NCBI RefSeq assembly: GCF_009914755.1
Contig: NC_060926.1
DNA from: the human T2T-CHM13v2.0 reference genome, Homo sapiens
Strand: one strand, 5' to 3'
DNA: 64,000 bases
Made by a program: the position numbers and the translations under genes. Below, piece by piece: positions 57,062-64,000 of the stretch. The notes beneath the pieces were generated by a model. It searched no databases and was not told where the DNA came from. It worked only from the letters and a program-made list of their open reading frames with translations. The number at the start of each line of letters is the position of its first letter. The stretch's first letter is position 1.

Positions 57062-57350
57062 GGCCGGGTACGGTAGCTCACGCCTGTAATCCAAGCACTT
57101 TGGGAGGCCAAGGCAGGCAGATCACGTCCTGGCTAACACGGTGAAACCCCGTCTCTACTAAAAATACAAAAAATTAGCCGGGCGTAGTGGCGGGTGCCTG
57201 TAGTCCCAGCTACTCAGGAGGCTGAGGCAGAAGAATGGTGAGAACCTGGGAGGCGGAGCTTGTAGTGAGCCGAGATCACGCCACTGCACTCCAGCCTGGG
57301 TGACAGAGCGAGACTCCGTCTCACAAAAAAAAAAAAAAAAAAAAAAAAAA
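57062..57350 (+). mobile_element. AluY with a ~20-bp left-arm deletion
   Basis: GATCACG joined to TCCTGGCTAACACGG; TSD AAAAACTTTAAGCA. Confidence 0.95.
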
Positions 57351-57849
57351 CTTTAAGCAAAGTAATGTATAGTAGGCAGGCCATTCTTAATATCTCTGTA
57401 TTTTATTTATTTTTATTTTTTTGCTCTTTATTTTCTAATAAAACCTTGACAGAGAATAATCTTCATTTGCAAAATAAGTGCTGGTATTCTTATAACATAA
57501 CCCATATCTTAGAACAGGAACAAAAATCTGGAATGGTTTCCTTTCTCTTACCAACAGTGCTGGCAAGGTTGTTGAGGTTACTGAGAAAAGGGTGTGGAGT
57601 TATCTGGAAATCTAAGGAGAAATCAGGCATGCATGTGAATGGCTACCCTTCAAACAATATCAATTTAATGCTTTTTACTTTCTCTAGAAAACCAATGAGT
57701 AGTGTACCACCTGGAGGGTCAGGTCAACCACCTGGGATTAGGAAAGATGCACAGCAAGACTTTCACTACCCCAAATCTCTCATGGATGCAGTCTATAAAT
57801 TAAAGTCTCACTTGGTGTCCAGTTCCTTTTCTGTAAATAAATTTTGGGG

Positions 57850-58185
57850 GGCTCACCTCCCATGCCCAGAAGAAAGAAATGTATGCACACAAGGACATAC
57901 ATTTAGACAGACAGATCTTGCCGGGTTTCCCCACTCAGCCTGTTAACATCGGATTATACTTTTTTTGTCCAGTCATATTTCTATGTGCTTGTCCATATTT
58001 TGTTAAACCTAAGCATAAAAAATGAACAATTTCCTCTCTATCTTTCGGTCTTTATTCTGAAGACTCTTATGGATACATGTTACATAAATTTGTATGCCTT
58101 TTCTCCAATTAAACTGCCTTTTGTGAATTGATTTTTCAGCAAACCTTCAGAGAGTCAAGAAGAAAGTTCTCCCTTGGCCCCTACA
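57850..58185 (+). mobile_element. MER39/MER34-family ERV1 LTR, 3' part
   Basis: GGGTTTCCCCACTCAG..AACCTAAGCATAAAAA..AAATTTGTATGCCTTTTCTCC..AACCTTCAGAG..CTTGGCCCCTACA end; 5' boundary uncertain. Confidence 0.8.
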
Positions 58186-59539
58186 AAATGTCTTCTGGGA
58201 GAGTAATTCTACCAGTTATTTCCATCTAAATTTCAATGACTTCATACATGGCTGAGATAAGCAACACCTGGAAAGAAGAGCATGATGAAATAGGGAACAG
58301 AACAGTTATAATTGAGAATAGGTGATAGGAAAATGTGACTATTTGTGATAAAACCAGTAAATTTTAAAGAGCTAAAGGTTCACAGTGGAGAGGGACCTAG
58401 GAACAGAGCTTTGAGACAGGCCCTGAAATAAAGAGAATTGACAAGGCAAAAAGAAACCATGCTGGTCAAGCCACTTAGATACTATTGCGCCATTTTTCTT
58501 TGCATCTTTCATTAAACTGCCAGAAAATGAAATGCATTTTATCTTTATGGTGTATATTATCTAGTGAAGTGCCTTAAACGTAGTAAGTATCCAATTAATC
58601 TCTGATTAAAAAGAAAAATGGCTAATGAACATGTAAGTGTCATCTAAATGTAACATATATTCCCCTCAAAGAGATGTAGGGAACCTTAACCTACAACAAA
58701 ATTTCAGGCAATCAATGCATAAGAACACAACGTAGTTCAACAACAATTTTTAAATATATGCTAAAATATGAAAAAAAAACATCATTTGTCATGAATGACT
58801 GAGCTGTTGGAAAACTGACAAATCTCCGAGGGGTCAAAAATAACAATTTTTTAAAAAGTTGTCTCGTTGGTACGTAATATCCTAGAGCCTGAATTTTCAC
58901 GGGCCATGCACTAGATGAAAGACAAACTTTGGACCCAGAAAATGAGATCAGTTTGGAGACCTCTTCCTAAAGCAAGAACGCAGAAAAAGCAATAGCCTCG
59001 ATGAGAGAACTCAGAAATAATTTTCAAAATATTATCAAATATATAAAATGTATACTACTGTATAGCAACCTATATAGTAATACACATTGATATATAACTC
59101 AATATAAATGTAAACTTTAAATTATGTTTCATTTTATTCCCTTAGTAATTTAAACCATTTATTATATACTTCATGGTATGTCCACATTACCATACATAGT
59201 ATGTCATAGCACAAATTAAAACGTTCCAGTAATTTACCATGTGTTAATTTTTAAAAATTGTCAGTGTAACCTTCTGTTTAACTGTTTTTCTACAACTAAT
59301 TAAGTGATGCCTTTATTTGAAACATGATTAGACATGGGAAACCATAACATTCTGTGAAGGAATCCCCCATCAAATTGGTAGAATGTAGACAATCATTTAA
59401 TTAACATTGTTTATAATAACAAATAATGTTTTTCATGTTTATAATACCTATATTCAATTAAGTCATAAAAATTACTTATTGGATCACATTTAATTAGGTT
59501 GTACCTAATCCTTCAGGTCATATGAAAAATGATACATTA

Positions 59540-59735
59540 TGGCATTTAGAAGGATGAGTTCTGGCACCAGGATGTCTGTTTCAAATTTCAGCTCTGTCAT
59601 GTAGGTGTTTAGAAACCTCCTTGGGCCTCATTTCTCTCATCTATTATAATGGTGGAACTTACATAATTCAATATGCATTTCAAACAGTACCCGGAACATA
59701 ACAAGAGCTATGTGTAGCTCTCATTTTATTAATAA
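59540..59735 (+). mobile_element. MIR SINE (degenerate)
   Basis: TTCAAATTTCAGCTCTGTCA..GGGCCTCATTTCTCTCATCTA..AACAGTACCCGGAACATA. Confidence 0.6.
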
Positions 59736-60829
59736 AACTAATGCTGTAAATAATTTTACTCCTCTTATCGCATGGAGATGAAATTAAATGTAGTGGAGAA
59801 ACAGGGAAACCAGCCTAGTTCCCAATCATCCCCTGCTGCCTTTCTCCTATTGCTAAGTGTATACGGTACCGGCAGAGCTCAGAGCACTCTCCCAGTGCCT
59901 GCCTGAGCTTTGTCACTGCCCATCCTCTCTTTACTCTCTTTCTAGATCATTTGTAGCAATATTCCCAAGGTTGCTAAGTTTTCAGTAAGTAGCCACATGA
60001 CAGCAAAACTGATGATTGCTAACTGTCAGTAGGTACCCACAACCTTGGTATGTAGCAAATTTCTAGCTATTATAATAAGAATGGGTAATAGTAATATTAT
60101 AATTTTTAATTAAGAAAGTTTCATTAAATAAGACCTATGCCATGATCTGTGAGCATATTTAATTACTGGATATAAAGATTTTTGAGAAAACTCTCTAGAG
60201 AAACACGTTATAATAATCAAAAAATATGTAATAATTTTAATGTATTTAAAGAGAAAATACAAATCTTGTTAAATTTTATTAAATTTCCATATGCTAGAGA
60301 TACATAATTATTAAGTATTTTATTGTCCTCAATTTGATAGCATGAAAATACCACAATTTCAGGGATCTCTGTATAACATTAATTTAGAGATTCATGAAGG
60401 ACTTACTTAGTGAAATCATGGGATAAAGAAATGTAGGATATTCAAGAAGAAAGAGACAAAAGAAGGGGGAGAAAAGAAAAATATAGGTATGTCTTATAGG
60501 GTGTGATTTGAAAAACTTGCCTCAAGGAAATTCAAATATCAAAAGGACTCAAGAATATCTGCATGAGTTTCTCTTTTAGTGAAACATGAATTTTAGGTAT
60601 TGTTATTTTTTGTTTGCATTTGTTTGAATTTTTCCCAGTATGAAATTTGTTTTTATTTGAAAAAATTAGATTTTCAAAAATGCATAAATGAGATAGAAAA
60701 TAATCACTTATCCATCAAATCAGATATAGCCATCAAATCAAATACAACTTCAAAACTTGATGCTAATTTTTCCAAATTATCTTTATTATATATGTGTACC
60801 CATATTTAGGAACACATATCTTTTTAAAA

Positions 60830-61450
60830 AGAAAACTGCAATGTTACAATTTTGATATATTGTTTTAGAACTTTAAAAAATGTAACCATATAATACAGAT
60901 GAATAAAAGCACAAAACTATATTAACATTTTTCATAGTTTCATTATTGTTCAATGTAGGCATATATGTTCAATGTTTACTTAAATTATCCTACTTTGTTG
61001 GATATTAAGGTTAATTGAATTTTTCCTGATATACATTTTTCTTTTGTGAACATATTATTTTCCCACTAGTTTCATTGTATTAAGATACATTTCTGGAAGT
61101 GGAGTTCTGGAAGTGGAAGTGGAGTTTCATGGTAAATATTGTTTAAATATTTATTTAGGTCTATATCATCATTATTATTGTCTATCTCTGAATTTACAGC
61201 TATATCAATATAACCAAATAGTACTCCAGAAAAGCTGTAACAGTTTAAAGACCCATCAATATTATATATTATATGACAGAACAGTAGATATTTTCCTTTT
61301 GACCTAATTAATTATCTTTTTCTGGTCTGAAATTTTAAATGTCTGTGAAGTCTCATCTACCATTGTTTACCTTTACGGTTTCTGTCTTGTTATCATGCCT
61401 AGGAAAACTTCCCTTTGTGACTGAACTTTAATTCTATTTTCTTTGCATGA
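60830..61450 (-). mobile_element. Old L1ME-type fragment
   Basis: AAGATACATTTCTGGAAGTGGA..CCAAATAGTACTCCAGAAAAGCTGTAACAGTTTA..CCCATCAAT. Confidence 0.5.
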
Positions 61451-62469
61451 AGAAAAATATTATACATGTATCCTTTAACTTCTTAATGATTTAGCAAATT
61501 TTACAGAAACAGCTATGCATAAATGGAAACTATGCTCTCTCCCTCTCTTTTTTTTAGACTACTTGGGGTATTTCCAGTTATAAAATGTTAGTTAGTTTAT
61601 CTTTATATTTAAAAAATATTTAAACTAATAAGAATACTCGAACTGAATGAGATATTTAAATAAGGGTCAATAATCTGAAATGGTTTTCTTTAACCTAGCC
61701 TCTGTACTTAGTTACCATTTTGGGTTTTGGTAGGATGGAGAACAAGGACGTTAACGTTAGGAACAAAGAGTAAAAGAAATAGAATCGTTCAATACTGAGA
61801 GGAAAACAGAAGAGAAAGAAAATGCTTGAGAAAAACATTGATTTTATTTAGGAGATATCACATATTATATTATTATCTCAATCATTGAATTCTACCAGTG
61901 AATTTTTTATACTCTAGTTGTTCAGATATCTCATAATCATTCCACATCTTAAAAGTCCGTATTCCCTCTCTCTCTCTCTCTGATGTTGAAATGTGAATTT
62001 TAAAAATGTGTGGCTAAATACTTTTCTTTCCTAGTAGTTTGGAAAATTAACAGTAGTTTTAGGCTTCAAAGTTCTCTTTTGCAGAGCAGCAAATTAAATA
62101 ATTGAATAAAAATATTAATTTTCATGTATGTTATCTTAGCCAAGTAGGGAAAAAAAGCATAACACATTCCAGCAAGAAATGACATTACAAAAATCTGCTT
62201 TGTAAAGTCCCATGTTGAAAGGTCAGTATTAATCACAATTAATGACACTTCTTCAGAACAGAATAATGTTAACAATGTAAGTCCTTAAGCAAAATTTAGA
62301 TCCCAGCAATATTAAACAAAAATAATTTTAGGGCTTGACCTGGTCCTGAGAGATTATTTTTGCAATGGTGTTTAAAGGTAGTAATAAACACTCTCCTCCA
62401 AGAGGGAAGCAAAGCTCGAAACACTCAAACAAAACTTAAATTAGCGAATGATTAACATGTAAATGTGGT

Positions 62470-62600
62470 GATTTAATGATTCATTTGTTCATTCAACAAA
62501 TATTTACTGAGTGTATATCCTATGCCAAGCCCTATTCTAGGGATTTCCCCTATAGCAGAGAAAAACACACAGCAGATAAGACATCATAACCTTCTCAGCA
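62470..62600 (-). mobile_element. L2 3' end
   Basis: TTCATTCAACAAATATTTACTGAGTG...CTATGCCAAGCCCTATTCTAGG. Confidence 0.75.
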
Positions 62601-64000
62601 TAAGTTTTAGGGTCTAAACAATTTTTTTACTCTTCCTCAGATATTATTATTATATTTTCTTCTTTAATCCCGAGCTTCATATAAACACTAATGTTTAGAT
62701 TTATCATTTACTCCCTTTTTTGCCTTGTTATGTGTTCAATATTACATGTTCTGCCGATGAACTGAAATGCTGTCTGAAATTATTTCTTAAAGTACATTTT
62801 CTTTAATGATTTCTACCTGTATATCTTCAATAATATCCTGGCAGCTACCTTAGGATGGAATTCTGTATATTGGTGTCCTGTGAACTCACAGGTGAGAAGA
62901 CATAATAATATTTTCCTGCAAAATACTTATAGCTAGTAATCATTCATAGCTTGTAAAGAGAAGGTGCAAGAGAGAAGCCAGGCAGGCATTATACATTTTT
63001 AGGTACAAGGTGGAGTCTAAAATATCACAAGAAGGAAAACAGATACTTAAAACAAAAGCTAATATTTAAGGCAAAATGGGTAAAGAGAAATGGCTCTGTA
63101 TATAAATGACAAGATTAGAGAGTCCATACTTGAATGGTTAGGAGACAAAAGTAAGAAATTAAGTATTAATAGAAAACAGAATTGGGTCGTCCTTGTTAAG
63201 TAGGTTAAAAACAGCATTAAGAAACAGGACAAAATGTGGCCTTAGATTGTCTGAGATCAGAAGAAACACAAGCAGAGAATTTAAGTGATCATGGATCACC
63301 GGCTGAGTTATGGGGTTTGTTAGTATATGAAACCTTAAGAAGTTTTATCTTTATCTTATCAAAGCAGAAATTTCTATGTATATATAACACCTTCAAGTGG
63401 AAGGACCAGGTCTATCCACCTTTATGTCATTAGAGTCATGTCTGAATGTAAGGATGTGTTTTCCAGTTGGATTAATGACTCAGTACTGGGTCAGTGTTAG
63501 TATTCTCAAAACAGATAAGGTAAGTCAGATAGTGATGGGAAGATTTTTCTGTGTTTAATGGCTTGGTTTTATCTCCCTTTTATGTATTCCTCTCACTCCA
63601 TCTGGTATGAAGTGAGGTACTAACAATGGAGGCTCTAATCTAAGACAAAGTGCCTGTTTTTACAATCTAAAAAGAATATTTAAGTGTGCATCTAATACTT
63701 CTATGCTTTGGTATGTCTTTGGTATTTTCTAATATGTATGACTTCAGACATCATTACGTCTACTAAAGATTTATACCTTCTCTACACTCCAGCTAGTGTT
63801 TGAAAGACAGAGTTAAAGACATAAAATGGATGGGAATGTCCTATAGAGGAAATTTCTTCCTTATTGATAGAAAAAGTGCAGGGAAAATAAAGTCTTATTT
63901 TGCAAACAGGAAACAAAAAAGTGTGTAGACTTTTAGTATCTTAAATCAATGTTGGCACACAGTGTAAGAATGTTTCAGATTTTTATATATCAGTTAGCTT

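Noticed and set aside
57365-57946. 193-aa plus-strand ORF
   Set aside because: Starts right after an Alu tail and runs into an LTR; no recognisable homology
61092-61127. Three GGAAGT (ETS-like) motifs
   Set aside because: Explained by a small local duplication within an old L1 fragment; no other support for function

Overview
This is AT-rich, repeat-dense primate genomic DNA. Alu, L1PA, MER51, MST and HSMAR2 elements are present, and an L1PA2-like 3' end suggests a hominid, probably human. It reads as intronic or intergenic sequence. I recognise no host protein-coding gene, RNA gene, CpG island or CRISPR-type array. Almost all ORF-track entries are Alu/L1/low-complexity artefacts; the only real coding sequence is decayed transposon sequence (HSMAR2 transposase, L1 ORF1/ORF2). 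Main architecture: (1) an ~8.3 kb near-full-length old L1M (minus strand) hosting a full-length HSMAR2 and two Alus; (2) an L2 > Alu > MER51 solo-LTR nest; (3) a MIR split by an Alu and a full-length L1PA5/6-like element inserted at the same endonuclease site; (4) a MIR > LTR47 > L1PA2 + AluY nest; (5) a GC-rich, poly(A)-terminated ~500 bp putative retrocopy of an unidentified mRNA 3' end. I find no evidence for a novel multi-gene system. The best leads are the retrocopy, an in-frame candidate exon/microexon near 43.2 kb, an orphan LTR fragment, a minisatellite born inside an L1, and several insertion-mechanism oddities. Subfamily names come from recalled consensus similarity and should be confirmed with RepeatMasker/Dfam.
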